Assembly (NCBI GenBank): GCA_965204775.1
Contig: CBDBFH010000028.1
Coordinates: 25,555 to 89,554, forward strand
Direction of reading: 5' to 3'
DNA: 64,000 nucleotides
Origin: Alphaproteobacteria bacterium
GTDB taxonomy: Bacteria; Pseudomonadota; Alphaproteobacteria; JAPOUT01; G958296285
In this document: in pieces, positions 10,610 to 20,086 of the stretch
Layout: every line of letters starts with the position of its first letter
How positions within the stretch are numbered: the first letter of the stretch is position 1
The notes under the pieces: model-generated
Database searches by the model: none
The model's input: only the letters and a program-made list of their open reading frames with translations
Told to the model about the DNA's origin: nothing
Program-made: the position numbers and the translations under genes

Positions 10610-12506
10610 GGCGCACGGTCCGGGCGATATGATCGGCGTCGAGTCCGGCCTGACTATACATCCGGGCGGGGTCGGCGTGATCGATGAAGCGGTCGGGGAG
10701 GTAGAGGGGGCGGAAGGCGGCGGTGCGCTCCAGCAGGCCGTTGCGGGCGAGGAGGGCGGCGGCATGGGCGGCGAAGCCTCCGGCGGCGCCTTCCTCCAGC
10801 GTGACGAGGAGGGGGTGATTGCGGGCGAGATCAAGGATCAGGGCCTCATCGAGGGGCTTGGCGAAGCGGGCGTCGGCGAGGGTGGCCGAGAGGCCGTGGC
10901 GGGCGAGGATTTGGACGGCCTTTTCGGCTTCGGCGAGGCGCGCGCCGAAATTGAGGATGGCGGCGTGGCTGCCCTGGCGCAGGATGCGGCCCTTGCCGAT
11001 GGTCAGGGGTTGCGGGTTTTCGGGGATTGGCGCGCCGGGTCCGGCGCCGCGCGGATAGCGGAAGGCGCACGGGGCGTCGTCGAGGGCGGCGGCGGTTGCG
11101 GTCATGCGGGCGAGTTCGGCCTCGTCGGCGGCGGCCATGACGACGAAGCCGGGGAGCGCGGCGAGCAGGGCGATATCGAACGCTCCGGCATGGGTCGGGC
11201 CGTCCGCGCCGACCAGCCCGGCGCGGTCGATGGCGAAGCGCACCGGCAGTTTCTGGATGGCCACGTCATGGATGACCTGATCGCAGGCGCGCTGGAGGAA
11301 GGTGGAATAGATGGCGGCGAAGGGCTTCATGCCCTGGGCGGCCAGCCCGGCGGCGAAGGTGACCGCATGTTGTTCGGCGATGCCGACGTCGAAGCAGCGC
11401 TCCGGGTGCCGGCGCGCGAAGAGGTCGAGTCCGGTGCCTGAGGGCATGGCGGCGGTGATCGCGCAGATTTTGGGGTCGCGGCGGGCGAGTTCGGCGAGGG
11501 TTTTGGCGAAGACCGCCGTATAGGAGGGGGCGGGCGAGGCGGATTTTTTCTGCTCGCCGGTTATGACATTGAAGCGGGCGACGCCGTGATATTTGTCGGC
11601 GGATTTTTCGGCGGGGGCATATCCCTTGCCCTTGCGGGTGACGACGTGGAGGAGGACGGGGCGGGGCGAGCGGACGTCGCGGAGGTTTTTGAGGACGGGC
11701 AGGAGGTGGTCGATTTTGTGTCCGTCTATCGGGCCGATGTAATAGAAGCCCATCTCCTCGAAGAGGGTTCCGCCGGTCGCCAGGGTTCGGGCATATTCTT
11801 CGGCGCGGGCGGCGAGGCGGACGAAGCGGCGGGGCAGGCGGCTCAGAAGGCGGCGGGCCAGTCCGCGCAGGCCGCGATAGGCGCGGCCTGAGATCAGGCG
11901 GGCCAGATAGGCGCTCATCGCGCCGACCGGCGGGGCGATGGACATATCGTTGTCATTGAGGATGACGATCAGGCGCGATTTGAGGGCGCCGGCATTGTTC
12001 ATGGCTTCATAGGCCATGCCGCCGGAGAGTGCGCCGTCGCCGATGACGCAGACGACGTGGTGATCTTCGCCCTTGAGGTCGCGGGCGGTGGCGAAGCCCA
12101 GCCCCGCCGAAATCGAGGTCGAGGCATGGGCCGCGCCGAAAGGGTCGTAGACGCTTTCGGCGCGCTTGGTGAATCCGGAAAGCCCCCCTTCCTGGCGCAG
12201 GGTGTGCATAAGGTTGCGCCGCCCGGTGAGGATTTTATGGGGATAGGTCTGGTGTCCGACGTCCCAGATGAGTTTGTCGCGGGGGGTGTCGAAGACGTAA
12301 TGGAGGGCGGCGGTGAGTTCGACGACGCCCAGTCCCGCGCCCAGATGGCCGCCGGTGGCGGAGACGGCTTTGATCAGTTCGGCGCGCAGTTCTTCGGCGA
12401 GTTGGGGCAGGCCGCTTTCCGGCAATTGGCGCAGATCGGCGGGGGTGCGGATGCGGTCGAGGAGGGGCATTTTGGAAGCCGGGGGCGTCATAACCGGGGG
12501 TTTCAT
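10566..12506 (-). CDS. dxs: 1-deoxy-D-xylulose-5-phosphate synthase
   Basis: 646 aa; conserved Dxs N-terminus ([14 protein letters not shown]...[46 protein letters not shown]) and TPP motif [18 protein letters not shown]. Confidence 0.95.
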   Translation of the reverse strand: MKPPVMTPPASKMPLLDRIRTPADLRQLPESGLPQLAEELRAELIKAVSATGGHLGAGLGVVELTAALHYVFDTPRDKLIWDVGHQTYPHKILTGRRNLMHTLRQEGGLSGFTKRAESVYDPFGAAHASTSISAGLGFATARDLKGEDHHVVCVIGDGALSGGMAYEAMNNAGALKSRLIVILNDNDMSIAPPVGAMSAYLARLISGRAYRGLRGLARRLLSRLPRRFVRLAARAEEYARTLATGGTLFEEMGFYYIGPIDGHKIDHLLPVLKNLRDVRSPRPVLLHVVTRKGKGYAPAEKSADKYHGVARFNVITGEQKKSASPAPSYTAVFAKTLAELARRDPKICAITAAMPSGTGLDLFARRHPERCFDVGIAEQHAVTFAAGLAAQGMKPFAAIYSTFLQRACDQVIHDVAIQKLPVRFAIDRAGLVGADGPTHAGAFDIALLAALPGFVVMAAADEAELARMTATAAALDDAPCAFRYPRGAGPGAPIPENPQPLTIGKGRILRQGSHAAILNFGARLAEAEKAVQILARHGLSATLADARFAKPLDEALILDLARNHPLLVTLEEGAAGGFAAHAAALLARNGLLERTAAFRPLYLPDRFIDHADPARMYSQAGLDADHIARTVRHALDSAGYKISQSA

Positions 12507-13288
12507 GTTTTTGGCTCCTGCCGCTCGGCGGCGAAGCGGGCGGCCTGCGAGAGAAGATCGGCTTTTTTGCCGAATAGCGCAAGATGGGAGACGGCTTCTT
12601 CGGCGGCCTTGCGGGCGGCGGGGGCGAGGGCGGGATCAGGTCCGGCGTCGAGGGCGTCGTCGCGCAGCTGAAAGGCGAGGCCCAGCGCCGCGCCGAATTG
12701 GCGCAGGCGGCGGGCGGCGGGCGGGGGGGCGCGGGCGATGACCGCGCCCATTTCGCAGGCGGCGGCCATCAGCGCGCCGGTCTTGAGCCGGCGGATGTCG
12801 TCGCCCTGCTCTCCGGCGACGTCGCGGGCCTGTCCGTGCACCATATCGCCGCCGCCGCCCGCGAGGATCGCGCACAGGCGGGCGCGGATTCGGGCCGAGG
12901 GATCGGTCGCCGGATCGGACAGGATCGCGAAGGCCAGGGTCAAAAGCCCGTCTCCGGCGAGAATGGCCGGAGCCTCGCCGAAGATGCGGTGCAAGGCGGG
13001 CTGGCCGCGCCGGGTTTGGGCGTCGTCCATGCAGGGCAGGTCGTCGTGGATCAGCGAATAGGCATGGACGCATTCCAGCGCGGCGGGCGCGCGCCAGTTG
13101 CGCAGCTGTGCGCCGCACAGGCGGGCCGAGGCGGCGAGCAGAAAAGGCCGCAGCCGTTTGCCGCCGCTCAGGGCGGCGTGGCGCATGGCGCGGGCGAGGG
13201 GAGCCGCGCCGGGGGGCAGCAGGCGGGCCAGTTCGGCCTCGACGCGGCGGGCGGCGGTTTTCAGTTCGGCGGGGAGCGTCCCCGGCAT
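12503..13288 (-). CDS. ispA: (2E,6E)-farnesyl diphosphate synthase / geranyltranstransferase
   Basis: [15 protein letters not shown] and [13 protein letters not shown] Asp-rich motifs; 4-nt overlap with dxs; classic xseB-ispA-dxs order. Confidence 0.85.
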   Translation of the reverse strand: MPGTLPAELKTAARRVEAELARLLPPGAAPLARAMRHAALSGGKRLRPFLLAASARLCGAQLRNWRAPAALECVHAYSLIHDDLPCMDDAQTRRGQPALHRIFGEAPAILAGDGLLTLAFAILSDPATDPSARIRARLCAILAGGGGDMVHGQARDVAGEQGDDIRRLKTGALMAAACEMGAVIARAPPPAARRLRQFGAALGLAFQLRDDALDAGPDPALAPAARKAAEEAVSHLALFGKKADLLSQAARFAAERQEPKT

Positions 13289-13301
13289 GGGCGCGGCGCT
13301 C

Positions 13302-13577
13302 TTACTTGCGCCCGCGTCCGGCGGGATCGGCGGCCAGTTCCGGAGCGGGTTCGGTTGCGGCAGCGCCGTCCGGGCCGGTGACGATCTTCTCGACCCTGAG
13401 GCGCGCCTCTTCCAGTTTGGCCTCGCAGCGGGTTTTGAGTTTCATGCCTTCCTCGTAGATTTTGATCGACTCTTCCAGATCGGCGCCGCCGCTCTCCAGC
13501 TGCTCGACGATCTGCTCGAGCCGGGCCAGGGCCTGCTCGAAAGTGAGTTCGCCGGTTGCGCCTGTTTTTGCGGCCAT
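13302..13577 (-). CDS. xseB: exodeoxyribonuclease VII small subunit
   Basis: XseB-like coiled-coil protein (LTFEQALARLEQIVEQLESGGADLEESIKIYEEGMKL); start set at MAAKTG rather than the longest ORF start at 13628. Confidence 0.8.
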   Translation of the reverse strand: MAAKTGATGELTFEQALARLEQIVEQLESGGADLEESIKIYEEGMKLKTRCEAKLEEARLRVEKIVTGPDGAAATEPAPELAADPAGRGRK

Positions 13578-13587
13578 CGCCCGGCTC

Positions 13588-14451
13588 CTAGCGCAGCGCC
13601 TTGAGGGAGGCGGGGGCGGGGACGTCATCGGGGACGAAGAAGTCGGGCATCAAGTCGCGCGAGGGATCGACGCGGTAGCGGTCGAAATCGGTGACCCCGT
13701 GTTCGGCGAGGAGGGTGTCGTCAATGCAAAAGCGGCCAGTGAACTCACGGGACGGCTTGGTCAAGATGAGGTGGGCGGCATCGGCGAGGATTTCGGGGGT
13801 GCGGCAGGCGCGCATGGCGTCGTCGCCGCCCAGCGCGAAGCGGATGGCGGCGGTGGCGATTCCGGTGCGCGGCCAGAGCGCATTGGCGGCGATTCCGTCT
13901 TCGCGCAATTCGCCGGCCAGGCCCAGCATGACCAGACTCATGCCGTATTTGGCGATGGAGTAGGCGGTGTGGGGGGCGAACCACTTTTCGGAGAAGTCGA
14001 GCGGCGGGGAGAGGGCGAGGATGTGCGGATTGGCCGCCTGCTTGAGATGGGGCAGGCAGTATTTGGAGACCAGGAAGGTGCCGCGGGCGTTGATCTGGTG
14101 CATGAGATCGAAGCGCTTCATGTCGGTGGCGGCGACCGGGGTGAGGCTGATGGCGCTGGCGTTGTTGATGCAGATGTCGATGCCGCCGAAATGCGCGGCG
14201 GTTTTGTCGACGGCGTCGTGGACCTGCTCTTCGCTGCGGATGTCGCAGACCAGGGGCAGGGCCTGTCCGCCCGCCTGTTCGATTTCTTTGGCGGCGGTGT
14301 GGATGGTTCCGGGCAGTTTGGGATGGGGGTCGGCGGTTTTGGCGGCAATCGCGATATTGGCGCCGTCGCGGGCGGCGCGCAGGGCGATGGCGAGGCCGAT
14401 GCCGCGGCTGGCACCGCTGATGAAGAGGGTTTTGCCCTTAAGGCTGGTCAT
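13588..14451 (-). CDS. SDR family NAD(P)-dependent oxidoreductase
   Basis: Rossmann motif GASRGIGLAIA and YSIAK (YxxxK) catalytic motif; start set at MTSLKGKTLFISG; start overlaps upstream MBL gene stop. Confidence 0.8.
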   Translation of the reverse strand: MTSLKGKTLFISGASRGIGLAIALRAARDGANIAIAAKTADPHPKLPGTIHTAAKEIEQAGGQALPLVCDIRSEEQVHDAVDKTAAHFGGIDICINNASAISLTPVAATDMKRFDLMHQINARGTFLVSKYCLPHLKQAANPHILALSPPLDFSEKWFAPHTAYSIAKYGMSLVMLGLAGELREDGIAANALWPRTGIATAAIRFALGGDDAMRACRTPEILADAAHLILTKPSREFTGRFCIDDTLLAEHGVTDFDRYRVDPSRDLMPDFFVPDDVPAPASLKALR

Positions 14452-15536
14452 GGCTGTCTCTCCGCGTCTGTTGCGCTGTACCAATTGATGCCGTCGGCGT
14501 CGCGCGCGGCGGTGATTTTGTTGCGGCGGATGAGGTAGTTGAGGTGGGCGATGCTTTCGCCGACGGCCATCATGTAGAGGCTGCGGTCGACCCGGCGGCG
14601 GAAGAGGGCGGGGAAGAGGTCAACGGCGCGGCGCGGGTGTGCGGCGCACATTTCCATGAGGCGCGCGAGCGCCTTTTCGTGGTTGTCGATGAGGGCCTTG
14701 AGGCGGGCATGGAGGCCATGGAAAGGCTCGTTGTGGGCGGGCAGGACGAGGACGTCATCGGGGATTTGCGCGCCCAGCGCGCGGCACGAGTGGAGCCAGT
14801 CGCCGAGCGGATCGGCGGCGGGTTCGGTCGGGAAGACGCTGACATTCGACGAGATGCGCGGCAGCACCTGATCGCCGGAGATGAACAGGCGGCGGGCTTT
14901 GTCATAGAGGCAGATATGCTCCGGGGCGTGGCCGGCGCCGACGACGATCGCCCAGCTGCTCGCGCCGATCGTGATGGTCTCGCCGTGGGTCAGGCGGCGG
15001 TAGGAATCGGGCAGGCGGGAGATGAGCATGCCGAAGCCGCCGAAGCGCTCTTCATAGGCGGAGATCTGGTCTTCGCCAAAACCGGCGGCGCGGTAGAAGT
15101 CGAGGGCTTCGCGCGGCGCGTCCTTTCCGGTGTCGGTGGCGAGCATGCGGCACATCAGATAGTCGGTGCGCGACATCCAGAGTTCAGCGCCGTATTTGCG
15201 GGAGAACCATCCGGCCAGGCCGATATGATCGGGATGAAGGTGGGTTACGATGACCCGGCGCACGGGAAGATTCCTGCCTATCCGGGCAAGCGTTGCGCGC
15301 CAGATTTCCTTGGCCTTGCCGGTTGCCGTGCCGGTGTCGATCACCGTCCAGCCGTCGCCGTCTTCGGCCAGCCAGAGGTTGATATGGTCGAGGGCAAAGG
15401 GCAAAGGCATGCGCAGCCAGTGGAGGCCGGGGACGACTTCGCGCAATTCGCCCGGTTCCGGTGGCTGGGCCCACGGATAGCGAATGCCGTTGGCCGCCGG
15501 GGGCGGCGCGGGGGCTTTGGCGGCGGCCCGGCTCAT
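14448..15536 (-). CDS. MBL-fold metallo-hydrolase
   Basis: VTHLHPDHIG (HxHxDH) motif; 362 aa. Confidence 0.8.
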   Translation of the reverse strand: MSRAAAKAPAPPPAANGIRYPWAQPPEPGELREVVPGLHWLRMPLPFALDHINLWLAEDGDGWTVIDTGTATGKAKEIWRATLARIGRNLPVRRVIVTHLHPDHIGLAGWFSRKYGAELWMSRTDYLMCRMLATDTGKDAPREALDFYRAAGFGEDQISAYEERFGGFGMLISRLPDSYRRLTHGETITIGASSWAIVVGAGHAPEHICLYDKARRLFISGDQVLPRISSNVSVFPTEPAADPLGDWLHSCRALGAQIPDDVLVLPAHNEPFHGLHARLKALIDNHEKALARLMEMCAAHPRRAVDLFPALFRRRVDRSLYMMAVGESIAHLNYLIRRNKITAARDADGINWYSATDAERQP

Positions 15537-17302
15537 CCGGCGCGGGCCTCCTGCGGGGGCAGGAGGGTGTCGAGCGCCTCAGCTCCGGCGCAGGCGGCGG
15601 CTTCGAGCGCGGCGGCGCGGGTCAGCCGGGTTTCGGCATAGAACAGGGCGGTGGCTTCGCTGCCGCCATTTTCACCGGCGCGGCGGGCGCGGCGGGCGAG
15701 ATAATGGCCGCCGGCGAGAGTCCCGGCGAGATCGAGATAGGCGGCTGCCCCGGCCAAGCTGTCTTGCGGCTGTTTGACGCCCTGATCGAGCAGATAATCG
15801 GTTGCCCGGCGCAGCGCAGCGATGCCTTCATCCAGACGGCGTCCGGTCTGGGCCAGACCGGGCCGGTTGGCCTGGGCGCAGGCGGCGGCTTCGGCGGCGA
15901 TCTCGCCGATATAGGCGCGCATGGCTTCGCCGCCATCGGCGATGACCTTGCGCATGGCGAGATCATGGGCCTGGATTCCGTTGGTGCCTTCATAGATCGG
16001 GGCGATCCGGACATCGCGGAGGATTTGGGCGGCGCCGGTTTCCTCGATGAAGCCCATGCCGCCATGGATCTGGATTCCCAGATTGGCGGCGTCGACGCCG
16101 CGGTCGCTGGCCCAGGCCTTGGCGATCGGGGTGAGCAGGGCGCAGCGGGCTTCGGCCTGCGCGCGCAGGGCGGGATCGGGCGCGGCGCGGGCGACATCGG
16201 CGGCGGCGGCGGCGTCATAGCACAGCCCGCGCGCGCTCTGGGCGAAGGCTTTGATGGTCATCAGCATGCGTCGGACATCGGGGTGATGAATGATCGGAGC
16301 GCCTCCCCTGCCCTGCCAGCTGGCGGCGCGGCCCTGCTTGCGCTCGCAGGCGAAGGCGTGGGCCTGCTGGAAGGCGCGTTCGGCCATGGCGGCGCCTTCA
16401 ATGGCGACGCCGATTCGGGCGAAGTTCATCATGGTGAACATGCAGGCCAGGCCCTGATTTTCCCCGCCGATCAGGAAGCCTTGCGCGCCGCCCTTTTCGC
16501 CGTAGCGCATGACGCAGGTGGGGCTGGCATGGATGCCGAGTTTCGCTTCGAGGCCGATGCAGAAGACATCGTTGCGCGTCTGTTGTGCGTCGTCGAGATG
16601 CTTGGGGACGAGGAAGAGGGAGACGCCCCGGCTGCCGGCGGGCGCATCGGGGCGGCGGGCGAGGACGAGATGGATGATATTGCCGGTCAGATCGTGCTCG
16701 CCATAGGTGATGAAGATTTTTGTTCCCTCGATCAGATAGCTGCCGTCGGGCTGGGGGGTGGCTTTGGCGGTCAGCGCGCCGACATCGGAGCCGGCCTGCG
16801 GCTCGGTGAGGTTCATGGTTCCGGTCCATTCGCCGGAGATGAGTTTGGGGAGATAGGTGTTTTTGAGTTCGTTGCTGCCGTGGGCGGCGAGGGCCTCGAT
16901 GGCGCCCTGGGTCAGGAGCGGGGCGAGGGTAAAGGACATGCAGGCGGCGTTGGTGATTTCGGCGACGGCGATATTGAGGGCGAAAGGCAGGCCCTGGCCG
17001 CCATAGGCCTTGGGGGCGCTCAGGCCGCCCCAGCCGCCTGCGGCGAAGCGCTGCCAGGCCTGGCGGAAGCCTGCCGGGGTTGTGACCGCGCCGCTTTGGC
17101 GGTCGAGGCTGCAGCCCTGGCGGTCGGCGGGGGCGTTGAGGGGATCGAGGACGTCCGAGGCGAATTTACCCGCCTCGCCGAGGATGGCGCGCACCAGATC
17201 GCGGTCGGCTTCGGCGAAGGCGGGCAGGCGCGCGAGGCTGGCAAAATCGGCCTGATCGTAGAGCGCGGCTTCGATATCGGCGATGGGCGCGCGATAGGTC
17301 AT
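15533..17302 (-). CDS. acyl-CoA dehydrogenase family protein (long form, about 590 aa)
   Basis: ACAD N-terminal/middle/C-terminal domain sequence (GTKIFITYGEHD, FLVP..., MMNFARIGVA); 4-nt overlaps with both neighbours. Confidence 0.85.
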   Translation of the reverse strand: MTYRAPIADIEAALYDQADFASLARLPAFAEADRDLVRAILGEAGKFASDVLDPLNAPADRQGCSLDRQSGAVTTPAGFRQAWQRFAAGGWGGLSAPKAYGGQGLPFALNIAVAEITNAACMSFTLAPLLTQGAIEALAAHGSNELKNTYLPKLISGEWTGTMNLTEPQAGSDVGALTAKATPQPDGSYLIEGTKIFITYGEHDLTGNIIHLVLARRPDAPAGSRGVSLFLVPKHLDDAQQTRNDVFCIGLEAKLGIHASPTCVMRYGEKGGAQGFLIGGENQGLACMFTMMNFARIGVAIEGAAMAERAFQQAHAFACERKQGRAASWQGRGGAPIIHHPDVRRMLMTIKAFAQSARGLCYDAAAAADVARAAPDPALRAQAEARCALLTPIAKAWASDRGVDAANLGIQIHGGMGFIEETGAAQILRDVRIAPIYEGTNGIQAHDLAMRKVIADGGEAMRAYIGEIAAEAAACAQANRPGLAQTGRRLDEGIAALRRATDYLLDQGVKQPQDSLAGAAAYLDLAGTLAGGHYLARRARRAGENGGSEATALFYAETRLTRAAALEAAACAGAEALDTLLPPQEARAG

Positions 17303-18198
17303 GCGGCGGCCCAGTGCCGGCGGAAGAAGGCGCCGATCTTATCAAGCGCCTTGGCGCCTTCGGGCAGCATGAAGTGGAAGAGGTGCCAGACATGGATCAT
17401 CTCGTCCCAGACTTCGAGGGTCGAGTCGACTCCGGCGGTTTTGGCGCGGTCGTGGATTTCGCGGGCATCGTCGAGCAGGGTCTCGGCGCTGCCGACCTGA
17501 ATCAGGAGCGGCGGCAGGCCGGAGAGGTCGGCGAAGAGCGGCGAGGCGAGCGGGTGATCGGGCTTTGTCCCGGCCAGATACCACTCGGCCAGCCGCATCA
17601 GGCCCTCTTTCTGGACGACAGGGTCTTCGGTGGCCTTGGCGAGGAGGGTTTTCGACTGGCCGGTGAGGTCGGTCCACGGGCTGATCGGGGCGGCGGCGGC
17701 GGGCATGGGCAGGCCCAGTTCGCGCAATTTGAGGAGGAGGGCGAAGGTCAGGCCGCCGCCCGCCGAGTCGCCGCTGACGGCGATATGGGCGGGGTCGCGG
17801 CCCTGATCGAGCAGGGCGCGGTAGGCGGCGGCGGCGTCTTCGACTGCGGCGGGGAAGGGATGTTCGGGGGCCAGGCGGTAGTCGAGCGAGAAGGCCGTGG
17901 CGGCGGCGGCGGCGGAAAGTTTGACGACCAGACTGCGATGGGTGAGCGGCGCGCCGATGACGTATCCGCCGCCATGCAGGTAGAGGATGGTGTTGTTCTT
18001 GCCGGCTCCGGCGGCGCGGGTTTCCTCGGCGGGGATGCCGCCCAGCGTTGCCGGGGTGATTGAGGCGTCGGCGGGGACGGGGAATTCGCCGACCGCGGCG
18101 TTCATGGTCTCGCGCAGTTCCTGGGGCGAGCGGCTGGGGTCAAGGTCCAGGGAAGCGGCGAGCATTTCGCGGACCTGTTCGATTGCTGTTTTGGTCAT
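17299..18198 (-). CDS. alpha/beta hydrolase (esterase/lipase, HSL-like family)
   Basis: HGGGY oxyanion motif and GDSAGG nucleophile elbow; 299 aa. Confidence 0.8.
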   Translation of the reverse strand: MTKTAIEQVREMLAASLDLDPSRSPQELRETMNAAVGEFPVPADASITPATLGGIPAEETRAAGAGKNNTILYLHGGGYVIGAPLTHRSLVVKLSAAAAATAFSLDYRLAPEHPFPAAVEDAAAAYRALLDQGRDPAHIAVSGDSAGGGLTFALLLKLRELGLPMPAAAAPISPWTDLTGQSKTLLAKATEDPVVQKEGLMRLAEWYLAGTKPDHPLASPLFADLSGLPPLLIQVGSAETLLDDAREIHDRAKTAGVDSTLEVWDEMIHVWHLFHFMLPEGAKALDKIGAFFRRHWAAA

Positions 18199-18257
18199 AA
18201 TGTCCTCCCTTACGGCGCTACCGCTTTAACTCTAGCCCTGCGGGGGGGTTCAAAACA

Positions 18258-19280
18258 ATGGCGGATATGGAGCAGAAGAGGGGCGGATCATCTGCCGCGC
18301 GCCGAATTGAGGCGGCGGCGGCGGTTTTGCGGCGCGGAGGGTTGGCCGCCTTTCCGACCGAGACCGTCTATGGCCTGGGTGCCGATGCCGGGAATGGGCG
18401 GGCGGTGGCGGCGATTTTCGCGGTCAAGGGGCGTCCGCGCTTCAATCCTTTGATCGTTCATGTCGGCGATAGGGCGGTGGCGGAGCGGATTGGGCGTTTG
18501 AACGATCTGGCGCAGGTTTTGGCGCGGGCGTTCTGGCCGGGGCCTTTGACCCTGGTCGTGCCGCGCCGGGGGGGCGAGGTGAGCGATCTGGTCAGCGCCG
18601 GTCTGGAGACGATTGCGCTACGGGTTCCGGCGCACCCGGTGGCGCAGGCTTTGCTGGCGGCGTTTGGCGGGGCGATTGCGGCGCCTTCGGCCAACCGGTC
18701 GGGGCGTTTGAGTCCGACGCGGGCCGGTCACCTGAAGGACTTGCCGGGCGTGTTTGTTCTGGACGGCGGCCCGGCGGCGCTGGGGCTGGAATCGACCGTG
18801 ATCGGCTGTGCGGGGGATGCGCCGGTTTTGTTGCGCAAGGGCGCGCTGGCGCAAGAGGAGATAGAGGCGGTTTTGGGCCGCGCGCTGCTTCCCGCGCCGG
18901 GCGGGGGACGGGGCGGGGGGGCGGGTCATCCGTCTCCGGGGATGAGTCTGTCGCATTACGCGCCGGTCAAGCGGCTTCGGCTGGAGGTGGGCGATCTGCG
19001 TCCGGGCGAGGGGCTTCTGGCCTTCGGCCCGCCGCCGCCGGGGGCGAAGGCGGCGCGCCAGTTGAGCCGGACGGGCGATCTGCGCGAGGCGGCGGCCAAT
19101 TTTTTCGCGATGCTGCACGAGCTCGACGCCGACCCGGCCATTGCGGCGATTGCGGTCATGCCGATTCCGGATCATGGCCTGGGCGCGGCGATCAATGACC
19201 GCCTGCGGCGGGCGGCGTCAGGCGGGTCCGATCAGAAGGGTCGGCACGTCTCCCGGGGCGTCGCGCAGGGTGATGGTTAG
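18258..19280 (+). CDS. tsaC: L-threonylcarbamoyladenylate synthase (Sua5/YrdC/TsaC family)
   Basis: YrdC-domain signature AAFPTETVYGLGADA, PSANRSGR; Sua5-type C-terminal domain; 3' end overlaps convergent VOC gene by about 60 nt. Confidence 0.8.
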   Translation: MADMEQKRGGSSAARRIEAAAAVLRRGGLAAFPTETVYGLGADAGNGRAVAAIFAVKGRPRFNPLIVHVGDRAVAERIGRLNDLAQVLARAFWPGPLTLVVPRRGGEVSDLVSAGLETIALRVPAHPVAQALLAAFGGAIAAPSANRSGRLSPTRAGHLKDLPGVFVLDGGPAALGLESTVIGCAGDAPVLLRKGALAQEEIEAVLGRALLPAPGGGRGGGAGHPSPGMSLSHYAPVKRLRLEVGDLRPGEGLLAFGPPPPGAKAARQLSRTGDLREAAANFFAMLHELDADPAIAAIAVMPIPDHGLGAAINDRLRRAASGGSDQKGRHVSRGVAQGDG

Positions 19281-20069
19281 GGTTCCGTCTTTGCGGCCCT
19301 TGCGCACAGGCGAGATATCGAAGCCATGTGCGGCGAGCCGCTTATGGGCGGCGTGAATTTCGGGGACGCGCCAGGCGAGGCCCCAGAAGCGGTCGGGGTC
19401 TGTGCTGCCGGTGCGGGCAACGGCCTCGATGGTTGTCTGGTTGAGGCGGAAAAACATCATCCGCCCGCCCCACCGGGGGCGGGTGATATCGCGGGCGAGG
19501 CGCAATCCTAAACCCTTTTCGCCGAGCAGGGCGATCAGGGCGTCGGCATCAGAGGTTGTAATGACGGCATGATCGAGTGCGTTGACGGCGGCGATGGGGT
19601 CGCCCGGGGGGTCGCGAAAAGGCAGGGTGTCCGGGGGGCCGTCATGGGCGATGACAAAGACAAAAAGGCCGCGGGTCGTCTTGAGGGGCAAGAAGAGGAG
19701 CCGCCATGTGCGGATTGCGCCGGAGAGGTCGTCGCGGCCTTCGCCGCCGACCGGGGTGAGGGGGGCGAGGCCGCGTTTGGCGAAGAGGCGCGCGGCAGCG
19801 TCGATGTCCCCGGTTGCGAAGCACAGACCATAGACGCCTTCGCCCTTGTCATCGAGATGGCGGTTCAGCCTGCCGGCCAGCGCGCCGGAGCCGGTCGCGG
19901 CCATGAGTTCCAGATACATATTGTCGAGGCGGAAGAGAACATTGGCGGTTCCCTGCCCCGGATGGCTGCCGCGCCATGAGGGTGCGCGGCCAAGCAGGGC
20001 CTGCCAGCCCCGGGCGGCGGCGTCGAGATCGCGCACGGCGAGGATGATATGATCGAGGGCGGCCAACAT
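19218..20069 (-). CDS. VOC family protein (glyoxalase/bleomycin-resistance/dioxygenase fold, two-domain)
   Basis: 283 aa, tandem VOC-like halves (LDHIILAVRDLDAA..., LDHAVITTSDADA...). Confidence 0.65.
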   Translation of the reverse strand: MLAALDHIILAVRDLDAAARGWQALLGRAPSWRGSHPGQGTANVLFRLDNMYLELMAATGSGALAGRLNRHLDDKGEGVYGLCFATGDIDAAARLFAKRGLAPLTPVGGEGRDDLSGAIRTWRLLFLPLKTTRGLFVFVIAHDGPPDTLPFRDPPGDPIAAVNALDHAVITTSDADALIALLGEKGLGLRLARDITRPRWGGRMMFFRLNQTTIEAVARTGSTDPDRFWGLAWRVPEIHAAHKRLAAHGFDISPVRKGRKDGTLTITLRDAPGDVPTLLIGPA

Positions 20070-20086
20070 AAGGGGGCGATCATAAT

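Noticed and set aside
10610..10834. N-terminal extension of the methyltransferase ORF into dxs
   Set aside because: It is a P/S/T-rich alternative-frame translation of the dxs 3' end. The internal Met followed by a sensible N-terminus was chosen, and even that start is uncertain.
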